64,000 bases of DNA, taken from IMG/VR virus record IMGVR_UViG_3300042268_000564; one strand, written 5' to 3'. Below the pieces are notes generated by a model that had not been told where the DNA came from, did not search any database, and saw nothing but the letters and a program-made list of their open reading frames with translations. The position numbers and the translations under genes were made by a program. Every line of letters starts with the position of its first letter. Positions within the stretch are counted from its first letter, which is position 1. Of the stretch, positions 40,860 through 49,820 are shown piece after piece. This stretch comes from a virus (lineage: Duplodnaviria > Caudoviricetes).

Positions 40860-41831
40860 ATGGTCAAAGGTATTGGCATAAAAGCAACAAAGGTTTCAGA
40901 TAATAGTTTAACACTTGGCAAACAGCCAGCGGGTGTTGCCAAGCGTTACGGCAATTCTGTTAAAGCTGCGCTTGATAAGGCTTCAGCCAAGGGCAGCAAG
41001 CTTAATAAAACAGCTTTACTTGCAGCTTTGACCGTCAAAGGTAGCAAGCTTACGGCAGATAAAGCCAAGAAAATTGTTGATAAAGTTTTCGCTGATGCAA
41101 AGTCTAATAAGATAACAGTGGCGAATCCGAAGAAAAATAGAACTCTTGTGGACATGGCGACGCTTTATAACTTGCCTTCTGGCAACCCTACTGACGGCAT
41201 GACAAAGCAACAGATTGCTGATAGAGCTGCCAGAATCAGAGCTAATGCTGAAGCAATGTTGGGCAATAAAAGCAACCCTATGACGGGGGCGAAGGAATTA
41301 CCCGCCGACCTTAAAGCTCAATTCGCCAAGATGGATGCTGACCGTGCAACTTTAAGAAAAGCTACTGATGCTGAGATTGGATATATCGTTGCTCAGGGTA
41401 AAAAAGAAAATGGCAATGTTCCTGCGACTGGCACATTAGAAAAACGTGCGAATCTTAGAGTAGATGTTGACAGGCAGACGGATGAATTAAAGGCTGTAAC
41501 GCCTACCGATAAACAAGTAATGTCTAAGGGTTTTGAGCTTGCGGATGGGCAGCTTGGGAAAATGGGCACTCTTTCTAAGAATGTTCTTAATGGGGCAATA
41601 GAGATTGGGCAAATGTCGAAAGATACGTTTGAAGCTTTGAAGGCTGCTGCGCCTTATAATAGGTCTACCAATAAGCCTGCTGGCGAAAAATTCTATTTAA
41701 CCTCTGTTGGTGAAGGTGACAAAAATGAGGTTGTGCTTACACCTGCAAATACTAGAGGCAGGGTTCCAATAGAAAAGAATAGGATAGATATTGTAAAAGA
41801 TGCCAAGACAGGGAAATATGATTTGCTGTAA
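40860..41831 (+). CDS. Shared-N-terminus family member 4
   Basis: Conserved first ~92 aa; VANPKKNRT and LGNKSNP motifs; unrelated C-terminus. Confidence 0.75.
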   Translation: MVKGIGIKATKVSDNSLTLGKQPAGVAKRYGNSVKAALDKASAKGSKLNKTALLAALTVKGSKLTADKAKKIVDKVFADAKSNKITVANPKKNRTLVDMATLYNLPSGNPTDGMTKQQIADRAARIRANAEAMLGNKSNPMTGAKELPADLKAQFAKMDADRATLRKATDAEIGYIVAQGKKENGNVPATGTLEKRANLRVDVDRQTDELKAVTPTDKQVMSKGFELADGQLGKMGTLSKNVLNGAIEIGQMSKDTFEALKAAAPYNRSTNKPAGEKFYLTSVGEGDKNEVVLTPANTRGRVPIEKNRIDIVKDAKTGKYDLL

Positions 41832-41843
41832 AATCCTTTAAAT

Positions 41844-41879
41844 AAAAGGGCTTGCTGGTATCAATCGGCAAGCCTTTTT
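41844..41879 (+). terminator. Intrinsic terminator
   Basis: AAAAGGGCTTGC...GCAAGCCTTTTT. Confidence 0.75.
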
Positions 41880-41917
41880 ATTTTTTGAACAGATATTAAA
41901 AAAGTTACTTATATATG

Positions 41918-41945
41918 TTGACAATTTTATGAGAGTTAATATAAT
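41918..41945 (+). promoter_or_regulatory. sigma70-type promoter TTGACA-N16-TATAAT
   Basis: Perfect hexamers upstream of cca. Confidence 0.8.
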
Positions 41946-41963
41946 AAGTTGAAGGTGAATTAA

Positions 41964-43406
41964 ATGATTATAAACATTAACCAGACTGAGCAAAAAATCT
42001 TTGACACCGTGCTCGCAGTAGCAAGTGTGCACGGCATCGTTCTTCGTGTGGCTGGTGGCTGGGTAAGAGATAAAATGCTCGGTAAAGACAGTCACGACAT
42101 CGACATTGCCGTAGATGGTGTAATCAGTGGTAAGCCAGTGACTGGCGCAGTATTTGCTGCTTTGGTTGCTGATGCTACAGGCAAAACATTTGCTGTGATT
42201 GATGCTAATCCAGAACAATCTAAGCACCTTGAAACAGCAACTATTGATATTCATGGTGTTTCTGTAGATTTTGTCCACCTCCGCAGTGAAACATATGGCG
42301 ATAGCCGTATTCCAACTGTGGAAGTTGGCACCCCTCAAACTGATGCAGAACGCAGAGACCTCACAATCAATTCTCTTTTCTTTAATATCAATACAGGAGA
42401 AATTGAAGATTTCACTGGCAAGGGTATTGATGATTTGAGAGCTGGCATAATCCGCACACCTCGTGAAAGTAAGAAAACTTTGCTGGACGACCCTTTGAGA
42501 GCTTTGCGTGCAATTCGTTTTGCGGCAAAATTTGGCTTTGAACTTGATGCAAGTCTTGTAGAGGCTATGCAGGATGCTGACGTTCATCATGCTTTTAACA
42601 ATAAAGTTAAAGTTGAAAGAATGATTAAGGAACTCGACAGTATAATGCAGTTTGCCCCTGTAAGAGGGGTAAAATTGATTATTGAATCAGGCTTGCTTGA
42701 CAATCATATTCCTGAACTTAAAGATATGGATTTTGACCAGCAAACAAAATATCACGATAAAACAGTGCTTGACCATACTCTTGCACTTACTGAAGAGCTG
42801 CATCAGCAGTTTCCTGATGATATTGACCTTAAGTGGGCTGCAATCCTTCATGATATTGGCAAGCCAAGTTCAGCTACCCCTCACAAGGACGGCGTAAGTC
42901 TTACCTTTGTAAATCATGAATTGGTGAGTGCCGACATTGCGGAGCGTGCTCTTACTAATCTTCGTTTCAGCAATGAAAGAGTGAGACGTATCAGACGGCT
43001 TGTTAAAAGGCATATGATTAACTTCAACCCGAAATGGTCTGACTTTAAGTTCAAGAAATGGCTCAGGGAGCACTTCGAATCAGCCGATGAGGTAATGAGC
43101 CTTGTAGCTTTGCGAGGTGCTGACATTAATGCATTGAATCCAGAACACAATGTAGAGCCAAAAAGAAACCATGACGCTCTTGTTGATAGAATCAGCAGGG
43201 TTGATGTGGCTGAAGCGATTGGCATGAAGTCTTTCGTAAATGGACACGAACTTCAGAAAATCTTTAATCGTAAGCAAGGTGAATGGATTAGAGAAGTTCA
43301 GGGCAAGATGATTGATTTGCAGCTTCAAGGTATGGTTAATAACCAACAGGAAGCTCTTGCTCGTGCTCAGAAATGGGCTGATAGGGAATTGGAACAATCT
43401 AGTTGA
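41964..43406 (+). CDS. cca: Class II tRNA nucleotidyltransferase (CCA-adding enzyme) with HD domain
   Basis: Motif A GGWVRD..DIDIA, loop RSETYGDSRIP, RRDLTINS, DDPLRALRAIRF, HD domain H....DHT...LHDIGK...NHE. Confidence 0.9.
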   Translation: MIININQTEQKIFDTVLAVASVHGIVLRVAGGWVRDKMLGKDSHDIDIAVDGVISGKPVTGAVFAALVADATGKTFAVIDANPEQSKHLETATIDIHGVSVDFVHLRSETYGDSRIPTVEVGTPQTDAERRDLTINSLFFNINTGEIEDFTGKGIDDLRAGIIRTPRESKKTLLDDPLRALRAIRFAAKFGFELDASLVEAMQDADVHHAFNNKVKVERMIKELDSIMQFAPVRGVKLIIESGLLDNHIPELKDMDFDQQTKYHDKTVLDHTLALTEELHQQFPDDIDLKWAAILHDIGKPSSATPHKDGVSLTFVNHELVSADIAERALTNLRFSNERVRRIRRLVKRHMINFNPKWSDFKFKKWLREHFESADEVMSLVALRGADINALNPEHNVEPKRNHDALVDRISRVDVAEAIGMKSFVNGHELQKIFNRKQGEWIREVQGKMIDLQLQGMVNNQQEALARAQKWADRELEQSS

Positions 43407-43430
43407 CAATTAAGTTCTCGGCTATATAAT
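43403..43430 (+). promoter_or_regulatory. sigma70-type promoter TTGACA-N16-TATAAT
   Basis: Perfect hexamers; -35 overlaps cca stop codon. Confidence 0.8.
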
Positions 43431-43471
43431 GAGTGTAAGTAATGACACTCTATTTTTTTGAGGAGAAACAG

Positions 43472-43825
43472 ATGAAACAACAAATAATTGACTTGATTGC
43501 GGAAAGACAAGAGCAACTTAAACAAGGTGGAAGCTTTTCTGGCAATGACCCTTTGGGGGATAAAATTGCACAGCTTTTGAAAGAAAATTTCGACTCTTTG
43601 GAATGTGATTTCATTATTGAAAGCGTGACTCACTTGGGCTGGTCGCTAAGTGTTCTATATGACGACAACGGTAGGTTCGCTGTTGTTGGTGACGGCACTC
43701 AACCTGTGGTAGCTGGCGACGACCTTCTTGAGGGGCATGTAGGCTTTTCTTTCTTCATTGAAAAGGAAGATTGGCACAGCACAATTCGGGAAGCCCTGAG
43801 ACACTATTTATTTGAAAGAGAGTAA
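43472..43825 (+). CDS. Hypothetical protein
   Basis: GAGGAG RBS before ATG 43472. Confidence 0.6.
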   Translation: MKQQIIDLIAERQEQLKQGGSFSGNDPLGDKIAQLLKENFDSLECDFIIESVTHLGWSLSVLYDDNGRFAVVGDGTQPVVAGDDLLEGHVGFSFFIEKEDWHSTIREALRHYLFERE

Positions 43826-43827
43826 GT

Positions 43828-44253
43828 ATGGAATTTATTGTAAATAAAAAACCCATTAAGAAAGTAGACAAAAGAAAAGGTTTTCTTCTTGTTGTGGAAA
43901 CAATGGGAGGTGATGCAGATAGCACGGATTATGTCGAGGTAGGTGTGTTCCCCGACACTGAAAAAGGTCGGGAATACCTTGAGGAAGTGATAACTGTTTG
44001 TGATGATGCAAAAAAAGCATACCCAAGTGGCATGGCTGGCTATGATGATTACAGTCACATTAAGAATTTTGATAAATGGTTTATGGATGGTGCTACTGAA
44101 GACGAATATGAGGAAATAGAACCTTACATAACATATGAAGATGGCGACAGTATAATGTGGCCATTTTATTGTGAAACTTGCAATTCGTGTGAGGGTTATG
44201 AATTGTTTTGGTTGGAGAACGGGGAAAGATTTAAGGTTAAGATAAAAAGATGA
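43828..44253 (+). CDS. Hypothetical acidic protein
   Basis: ORF in operon. Confidence 0.6.
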   Translation: MEFIVNKKPIKKVDKRKGFLLVVETMGGDADSTDYVEVGVFPDTEKGREYLEEVITVCDDAKKAYPSGMAGYDDYSHIKNFDKWFMDGATEDEYEEIEPYITYEDGDSIMWPFYCETCNSCEGYELFWLENGERFKVKIKR

Positions 44254-44273
44254 TGTTGTTGGATTTAAGATAG

Positions 44274-44302
44274 AAAGAGCCTCTTTTCGAGGCTCTTTTT
44301 TT
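44274..44302. terminator. Terminator between convergent units
   Basis: AAAGAGCCTC-tttt c-GAGGCTCTTT TTTT. Confidence 0.75.
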
Positions 44303-44315
44303 ATTGCATAGTCTA

Positions 44316-44378
44316 GTCAGACCATCATTGGAATGGACTTGTCAGTCCATCATTGGAATGGACTTGTCAGTCCATCAT
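44316..44378. repeat. 2.5 copies of a 25-bp palindromic tandem repeat
   Basis: GTCAG[A/T]CCATCATTGGAATGGACTT at 44316 and 44341, partial at 44366. Confidence 0.9.
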
Positions 44379-44615
44379 GCACCAGTAGTGAGTACAGAGA
44401 TTGTATTTATTGCAGATTTCCATTACATCACGAAGTCTGGTTCCATCGTTAAAGCTGGCTTTGATTTCAGCCCATGCCTTGGCGATGTTTCTTTTCTTTT
44501 TTGTATAGAAGGCTGGCAGGTTGTTCTGGTCAACGAAGTCTCTGCCAGAGATTTGTTTTTCATCAGGTCTGAAAGTAATTTCGGTGTTTTTGTTTTTCAG
44601 TTCTGTTCGGTTCAT
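44367..44615 (-). CDS. Hypothetical protein
   Basis: Coupled to 44615-44857; ends inside the tandem repeat. Confidence 0.6.
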   Translation of the reverse strand: MNRTELKNKNTEITFRPDEKQISGRDFVDQNNLPAFYTKKKRNIAKAWAEIKASFNDGTRLRDVMEICNKYNLCTHYWCMMD

Positions 44616-44857
44616 TATTTGGCTCCTTCAAGATATTTGTTCAGTCTGTTTATGAAAGAACTTGCAGCCTTCATGGTTGAGAAGGTGATATACAAACAGC
44701 ATGTTTCTGCCTCGACATTGTTTCTATGTGTAATAACTTTTGCTGCTCTGAGCTTTTTTTCAGCAGCATAGTTATCTTCACAATCGAGGACTTTTGCCAA
44801 AGAACCGATAAACATAAAGCTTTTGTCCATTTGGTGAATGTTATTTTCTGTATACAT
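44615..44857 (-). CDS. Hypothetical protein
   Basis: AGGAG RBS, own promoter. Confidence 0.6.
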   Translation of the reverse strand: MYTENNIHQMDKSFMFIGSLAKVLDCEDNYAAEKKLRAAKVITHRNNVEAETCCLYITFSTMKAASSFINRLNKYLEGAK

Positions 44858-44891
44858 TTGATTTCTCCTTACTTTTTTTTCCTATACCTTT

Positions 44892-44919
44892 ATTATAATA
44901 AAATTCAAAAAAGTGTCAA
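44892..44919 (-). promoter_or_regulatory. sigma70-type promoter TTGACA-N16-TATAAT
   Basis: Perfect hexamers on minus strand. Confidence 0.8.
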
Positions 44920-44936
44920 GTGGGTAAATAAAAAGT

Positions 44937-45218
44937 TTACATTTCTCTTTCTTTTCTGGTTGCTTTCAGGTTTTCAACAATTTCTTCAGCTTCTGAGTAG
45001 ATACGAGCTTTGATTGTGTTAAGCTCTGCTTCTACTGCTTCCAAGCTTGCTATCATTCTCTTGCTGGCTTCTGCATCTTTTTCTGAAAGATTCTTTGAAA
45101 GATGCTCTTTCATTTTTTCAATCTGTCTCAAAGGTTCATGCAAAGGATTTAGTTCTCTGCTTTTCTTGTCTACTGCATCAGGGATGTAATCACCTTCTGT
45201 GTATTTAAAAGGATTCAT
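44937..45218 (-). CDS. Hypothetical coiled-coil protein
   Basis: AAGGAG RBS, own promoter. Confidence 0.6.
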   Translation of the reverse strand: MNPFKYTEGDYIPDAVDKKSRELNPLHEPLRQIEKMKEHLSKNLSEKDAEASKRMIASLEAVEAELNTIKARIYSEAEEIVENLKATRKEREM

Positions 45219-45252
45219 TCTGCATTCTCCTTCGTTTCTTTCTTATGCTTTA

Positions 45253-45280
45253 ATTATAACATAATGTAAAAAAGTGTCAA
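45253..45280 (-). promoter_or_regulatory. sigma70-type promoter TTGACA-N16-TATAAT
   Basis: Perfect hexamers on minus strand. Confidence 0.8.
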
Positions 45281-45344
45281 GTGGACGAGAATATTTTTTT
45301 ATATAAAGTATTGAAAAGCTTTTACAAAAGGGGCTTTTGAGACG

Positions 45345-45905
45345 ATGGGACAACAGAAGCGTATGTTCAACTTGAATAGGGGGCTTATTGCGGCTAATCA
45401 GGATGGGCAGGAAATAATTATTCGCACTAAGATTCTGAAGGATTCGCTGCAATTTTCTTTTGCGGGTGACACTGTTACAGCAAGGATAGAGAAAAAAGAA
45501 TGTTTGGCGGAATTTGAAAGAGTTAAGGATAATATGTTTGAAAAAAGAAGTTTTGAAGGAATGAAACACGCTTTAAGGCACCTTCTTAAAAATAAGTCTT
45601 TAAAGTTTGATGCAGGAATTTTAAGTGTTGGTGAGTATACTTTTTCGTTTGTTGTTGTCCAGAACGGTTTTCTTGCTCATTATGAGATTATGCCCGATAA
45701 TATTGTTTCATTTGGCGTGATTCATCAAGATGACGCCATTATGCTTGCCAAGCAACAGGGTGAATGGAATGTTAAGAAACAAGAGCAGGAGATTATTGCA
45801 CATTGCAAAGATTATTATGACGCTCTGGATAAAATAATAAAAGAGATAGAGCAAATTTTTGCAAATACAGTTAAAGACTTATCCGAAAAAAGGCAGTTGC
45901 ACTAA
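45345..45905 (+). CDS. Hypothetical protein
   Basis: ORF preceded by TAAAGTATT motif. Confidence 0.6.
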   Translation: MGQQKRMFNLNRGLIAANQDGQEIIIRTKILKDSLQFSFAGDTVTARIEKKECLAEFERVKDNMFEKRSFEGMKHALRHLLKNKSLKFDAGILSVGEYTFSFVVVQNGFLAHYEIMPDNIVSFGVIHQDDAIMLAKQQGEWNVKKQEQEIIAHCKDYYDALDKIIKEIEQIFANTVKDLSEKRQLH

Positions 45906-47275
45906 TGAGTACAAGCGGTGGTTCAAAACGACAAGGAGCAGGTGGCGGCTCAGGCAAACATAATGTTGAAAACAGAGAGCCAATTGCGCCCAGAGATGAA
46001 TGGACAAGAATCGGCAAAGAAGGTGGCGGTGGTTCAATCGCAGTTGCTTCAGCGATGGGCAACGAAGACCCTCTTTCTCAGCTCAAAAATTCAAAATATA
46101 AAAACAAAAAATTAGATAGCTTAAAAGATATAATTATCGCAAGAGATGCAAATGGTAAGCTCTTGATGTCCAACGAAGAATTTAATAAACAAGTAGCCAA
46201 GCTTGCTGTAAATAAACTCAAGAAAGCCAGAGAGATAGGGTTAATGCAGGGCGGGGTTATGCGACTCCCCAAAACAGGGAAAGCGATAGTTGTAGGCGAC
46301 TTGCATGAACAAGCAACAAATCTTACGGCGATTCTTAAACATGCGAATTTAGATAAGAACCCAAAAACAAAATTGATTTTGTTGGGTGATGTTTTGTCCG
46401 GGTCAAAAGTTGCCCGTTCTGACGAAACTGGTGGCGGCGATTCGATGCACAGAGTTATTTCATGGCTACAGGCTCGTTACCCTGACCAAGTTTTTGTTGT
46501 CAATGGGAATCATGAGATGGGCATGATGGCTGGCGTGGACAAGATGGAAGGTGGCAGCAAGGCTGCAAGTGCAATGGGACGTATGGAAGCTAGATTGTTC
46601 ACAGATAAAGAACAGGCTATAGAAAGAATAAAAGAATCACCGTTGCAGATTCAGATTGGTGATAAAGCCAAGGGGGAATATACAAGAACATTTCAACATG
46701 CCCCAGGTGCTGGCGACATTACAGAAGTTGCGAAATTGAATACCCCCGAAGATAGAAACGCAAAAGCTACGAACATATTTGAGAGCGGTGAAACTTTAAC
46801 AAAGGAAGCTTTGCAGAAGGTTAATGAAGGGAATAAGTCGGATTTAACATATTTTGGACACGTCTCGCCTGAAGCCGTCGAAAAGGGTTTACATAGTGGC
46901 GACTTGAAGCCTGAGATAAGCAAGGGTGTTGTTTCTAAGTTTGCTGGCGGCGGGATGTTTGTTGATTCGCAAAATCAGGACACAAGTGGTATTGTTGAGA
47001 TAGACCTTAATAAAGATTCAGCTCCTGAAAAGATTATTTCCATGAAGGATTTAAGGAACGAATATCAGAAATCTGCTGGCCATCTTGAAGGTTTAAGAGA
47101 ATTTGGTGGCAGCGATAAAGATACATTCAGAGGGCAGATTGCAATTAAAAATGCGGCTGAAAGAGCGGCAAAAGAAGCTGGTGAAAGGGCAAAGAAAGAA
47201 AAACCATTGACACCTGAAGAACAGGCAAAGTTGCTTGCAGACTTGATGGGCAGTGTTAAGGGTGCTGATTGGTAA
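45905..47275 (+). CDS. PPP-like Ser/Thr phosphatase / metallophosphoesterase with Gly-rich basic N-terminus
   Basis: VGDLHE, LGDVL, NGNHE, H, FGH. Confidence 0.75.
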   Translation: MSTSGGSKRQGAGGGSGKHNVENREPIAPRDEWTRIGKEGGGGSIAVASAMGNEDPLSQLKNSKYKNKKLDSLKDIIIARDANGKLLMSNEEFNKQVAKLAVNKLKKAREIGLMQGGVMRLPKTGKAIVVGDLHEQATNLTAILKHANLDKNPKTKLILLGDVLSGSKVARSDETGGGDSMHRVISWLQARYPDQVFVVNGNHEMGMMAGVDKMEGGSKAASAMGRMEARLFTDKEQAIERIKESPLQIQIGDKAKGEYTRTFQHAPGAGDITEVAKLNTPEDRNAKATNIFESGETLTKEALQKVNEGNKSDLTYFGHVSPEAVEKGLHSGDLKPEISKGVVSKFAGGGMFVDSQNQDTSGIVEIDLNKDSAPEKIISMKDLRNEYQKSAGHLEGLREFGGSDKDTFRGQIAIKNAAERAAKEAGERAKKEKPLTPEEQAKLLADLMGSVKGADW

Positions 47276-47282
47276 AATGTTC

Positions 47283-47310
47283 TTGACATTGTTGTCTGCT
47301 TGTTTATAAT
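47283..47310 (+). promoter_or_regulatory. sigma70-type promoter TTGACA-N16-TATAAT
   Basis: Perfect hexamers. Confidence 0.8.
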
Positions 47311-47340
47311 AAATAAAAATAAACCAAAGGATGGCTTATT

Positions 47341-47787
47341 ATGAGAGCCGAAGATGTGAAAAATGTGATAGCCGAGTTGGTAAAGAAGCGTGACTATCTT
47401 AATCTGTTCAAGATGGTTGCAGCTATTGACAGCTATGAGCCAGAGCTTAAATTTCCTGCTATAAAAGCAGTTAGTGTTATGTATCCTGTGTTGGCAAAAA
47501 TTGCCCATGAGGGTGAGAATGTGGATGCAGTTGCTGGTTTCTATTCTGTTTATACAAGAGATTGTGGTAGCGTTGAATTCGCTTTTTGGCACGCCATGAC
47601 TTGGCTTAATACAGAATACATTAATTCAATCGGCTGTGAATGTGGAAAAGAAGTGAATCTTTTCTCTGATACGGCAGAAACAAATTACAATCACCACGCT
47701 CACAAAATTTATAGAGAGTGGGCTTATAAACATTTACCAGAAGCACGCAGGGAAGAGCTTATTCTGCCTATTGAAGAATTGATGTAG
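47341..47787 (+). CDS. Hypothetical protein
   Basis: ORF after promoter. Confidence 0.6.
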   Translation: MRAEDVKNVIAELVKKRDYLNLFKMVAAIDSYEPELKFPAIKAVSVMYPVLAKIAHEGENVDAVAGFYSVYTRDCGSVEFAFWHAMTWLNTEYINSIGCECGKEVNLFSDTAETNYNHHAHKIYREWAYKHLPEARREELILPIEELM

Positions 47788-47795
47788 GTGGGCTT

Positions 47796-48233
47796 ATGAA
47801 CCATATTTTACAGCCCCTGTTCGTTATGATAACTGTTGTTGTCGGACTCCGTGTTTTGTTTAAAAGCTTTTATATGAAGCCCGTTATCGATAACAGAGAC
47901 GCAATTATAAGTGAATTGCAGCGGAAAAATGGCTATTACGAGAAGCACATTGAGAATGTTACGGCGAGAAATCGTGAAGCTATGATTGGCGTTAGAGTCG
48001 TATCACGCTCTAACGAAGATGAACCTCTGCTAATTGGTGAATTGGTCAGGTTTGAATTCTTGTCTCAAGCAAAAAATCCTTTCCCTGTTGTAAAGTGCGA
48101 AGAAACTGGTAAGGAATGGGTGACAATGGGTATTGTTTTCCCTTACAGCGATAAAATGATGCAGGAACTTTCATCTATGTCTCCAAAAGAGCAATGGGAT
48201 AGGTTGCAAAAAACAGGATTGCGATGGGAGTAA
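47796..48233 (+). CDS. Hypothetical protein with N-terminal TM
   Basis: ORF. Confidence 0.55.
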   Translation: MNHILQPLFVMITVVVGLRVLFKSFYMKPVIDNRDAIISELQRKNGYYEKHIENVTARNREAMIGVRVVSRSNEDEPLLIGELVRFEFLSQAKNPFPVVKCEETGKEWVTMGIVFPYSDKMMQELSSMSPKEQWDRLQKTGLRWE

Positions 48234-48853
48234 GTTCTGACATTGTTGTCCCGTTTGGTAAGCTTGAAGAAGCTACAGTAAAAGAATTGGTTCCCAATTA
48301 TTATCTTAGCAACTCCGAACCATTTGATGAATCAGATTTGAGAATTCTCAAAGAACTTTTTCGTTCCTTTTATTCTACATTGGAGCAGTTAGAGCTTGTC
48401 GAATTAACCCCCACCATTATGTATGACAAAATACAGAGTCCTGTATTGGGATTTGTATGGTTCTCAATAACAGGCGACCCGAAGATGTCGCATTTAAGGA
48501 AGATAGACAAGGGTATTATCTTGCCTATCACAAATGTTGGGGAGTTGCAGTATGGCTTAACATTAAGGGTCCCAAAGTTTAGACAGGCACTTAAAGTGAT
48601 TTATCCTAATCATAGATGGCTGAAGCGCACTGATAGGATGGAAAAGATTTTTTTAAGGCTTTATCGTAGGGAGCTTTACAGGTTCAATAGTAAAGCTGCA
48701 ACATTGCCTCAGCATAAAAGATTATGGCGTAGAGCGTTGAAAAAGGTGCAGCCGTCCCCGACAAAAACATATAGTGAGTCAGGTGTTTTTCTTTGGGGAT
48801 TAAAGAAAAAAGGTGATGCAGATTTATTGCCAGATTATAGAATCTTTCTCTGA
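48224..48853 (+). CDS. Hypothetical protein
   Basis: ORF. Confidence 0.55.
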   Translation: MGVSSDIVVPFGKLEEATVKELVPNYYLSNSEPFDESDLRILKELFRSFYSTLEQLELVELTPTIMYDKIQSPVLGFVWFSITGDPKMSHLRKIDKGIILPITNVGELQYGLTLRVPKFRQALKVIYPNHRWLKRTDRMEKIFLRLYRRELYRFNSKAATLPQHKRLWRRALKKVQPSPTKTYSESGVFLWGLKKKGDADLLPDYRIFL

Positions 48854-49269
48854 AGTTTTTCGGCTATCTTTTTCGCTTTTTTTATTTGAGTTGGATTAAG
48901 AAAAATTGTCTCTTGCTTTCCTTGCTCATTTTTGATTAGTTTAGGGGAGAGACACATTAGTAATTCATTATCGTCAAGAATAACCTCTTGCTCTTTTGCG
49001 ATGTCTTTGAGGATGTCTAATACAGTAATGTCAAACTGTTTGTTGCCTGTAAGGGTAAGATTCTGTTGGAATTGAGAGAGAAATCTTAATACATCTGTTG
49101 CAGAATCGCCAGTGGCTATTGCTGACATAATGGCTGTATATAGTAGTTTAGCACGTTCTGTTAGGGTTGTGTCTCTTATATCATGCAAAATTGGCGCAGG
49201 TTCATTAACAAGCTCTTTAACAGGAGGTCTTGTAGGTTGTGGGATATCTTGTTTTGTTTTCTTTCTCAT
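48835..49269 (-). CDS. Hypothetical protein
   Basis: ORF, TAAAGTA motif upstream on minus strand. Confidence 0.55.
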   Translation of the reverse strand: MRKKTKQDIPQPTRPPVKELVNEPAPILHDIRDTTLTERAKLLYTAIMSAIATGDSATDVLRFLSQFQQNLTLTGNKQFDITVLDILKDIAKEQEVILDDNELLMCLSPKLIKNEQGKQETIFLNPTQIKKAKKIAEKLQRKIL

Positions 49270-49295
49270 GAATATTATTTTACTTTAAAAAGGAT

Positions 49296-49323
49296 TTGAC
49301 AATGTAAGCCATGTTGTTATAAT
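49296..49323 (+). promoter_or_regulatory. sigma70-type promoter TTGACA-N16-TATAAT
   Basis: Perfect hexamers. Confidence 0.8.
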
Positions 49324-49343
49324 TCGTGTAGGAGAAAAAAACA

Positions 49344-49709
49344 ATGGCAAAAATTACAAAAAATGAAAATGGACAATTACAAATTGAAGACGGGATAAAT
49401 AGAGTTCAGAGGACGCAGATTCAAAAAGCGATTAATGATGTAATTTCCGAAATATTCTCTGAAGAAAGTGTTCACGCAGCAGACTATATGTCTAATGCTG
49501 AAATTTCTTTGGCTGCCGAGAAAATCCAAATGTCGATTAAAGAAGGCAAGGTGGCAGAGAGTGACATTGTAAAAGATACGCTATTGCTTGGAAATAAAAT
49601 TGTGCATGAGCGGCTTGATGATAGCGAAGCGAGGCAAATGTTTCGCAGAGGGTATGAATTGATTACATTGCTTACCGACCCCGATGCCACAACGCATGTG
49701 ATAAACTAA
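49344..49709 (+). CDS. Hypothetical protein
   Basis: AGGAG RBS. Confidence 0.6.
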   Translation: MAKITKNENGQLQIEDGINRVQRTQIQKAINDVISEIFSEESVHAADYMSNAEISLAAEKIQMSIKEGKVAESDIVKDTLLLGNKIVHERLDDSEARQMFRRGYELITLLTDPDATTHVIN

Positions 49710-49768
49710 ATTTTTCATCTCCTCAAAAATCCTGATGCAATTTTATAAATGTTAAAAATAGCGGGACT

Positions 49769-49801
49769 AAAAAAGGCTCAGAATCAATATCTGAGCCTTT
49801 T
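49769..49801. terminator. Bidirectional terminator
   Basis: AAAAAAGGCTCAGA...TCTGAGCCTTTT between convergent genes. Confidence 0.8.
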
Positions 49802-49820
49802 GCTTTTTAGACTGTTTGGA

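Noticed and set aside
41838-42590. 250-aa minus-strand ORF
   Set aside because: Antisense shadow of the cca gene, no RBS or recognisable motifs; same for 52322-52831, 38336-38980, 60995-61555, 36469-36987, 47065-47592.
44316-44378. CRISPR mini-array
   Set aside because: Repeats are directly adjacent with no spacers and no cas genes in the window.
44304-44771. 155-aa plus-strand ORF with repeated peptide
   Set aside because: Starts in the tandem repeat and is antisense to two minus-strand genes that have their own promoter and RBS.
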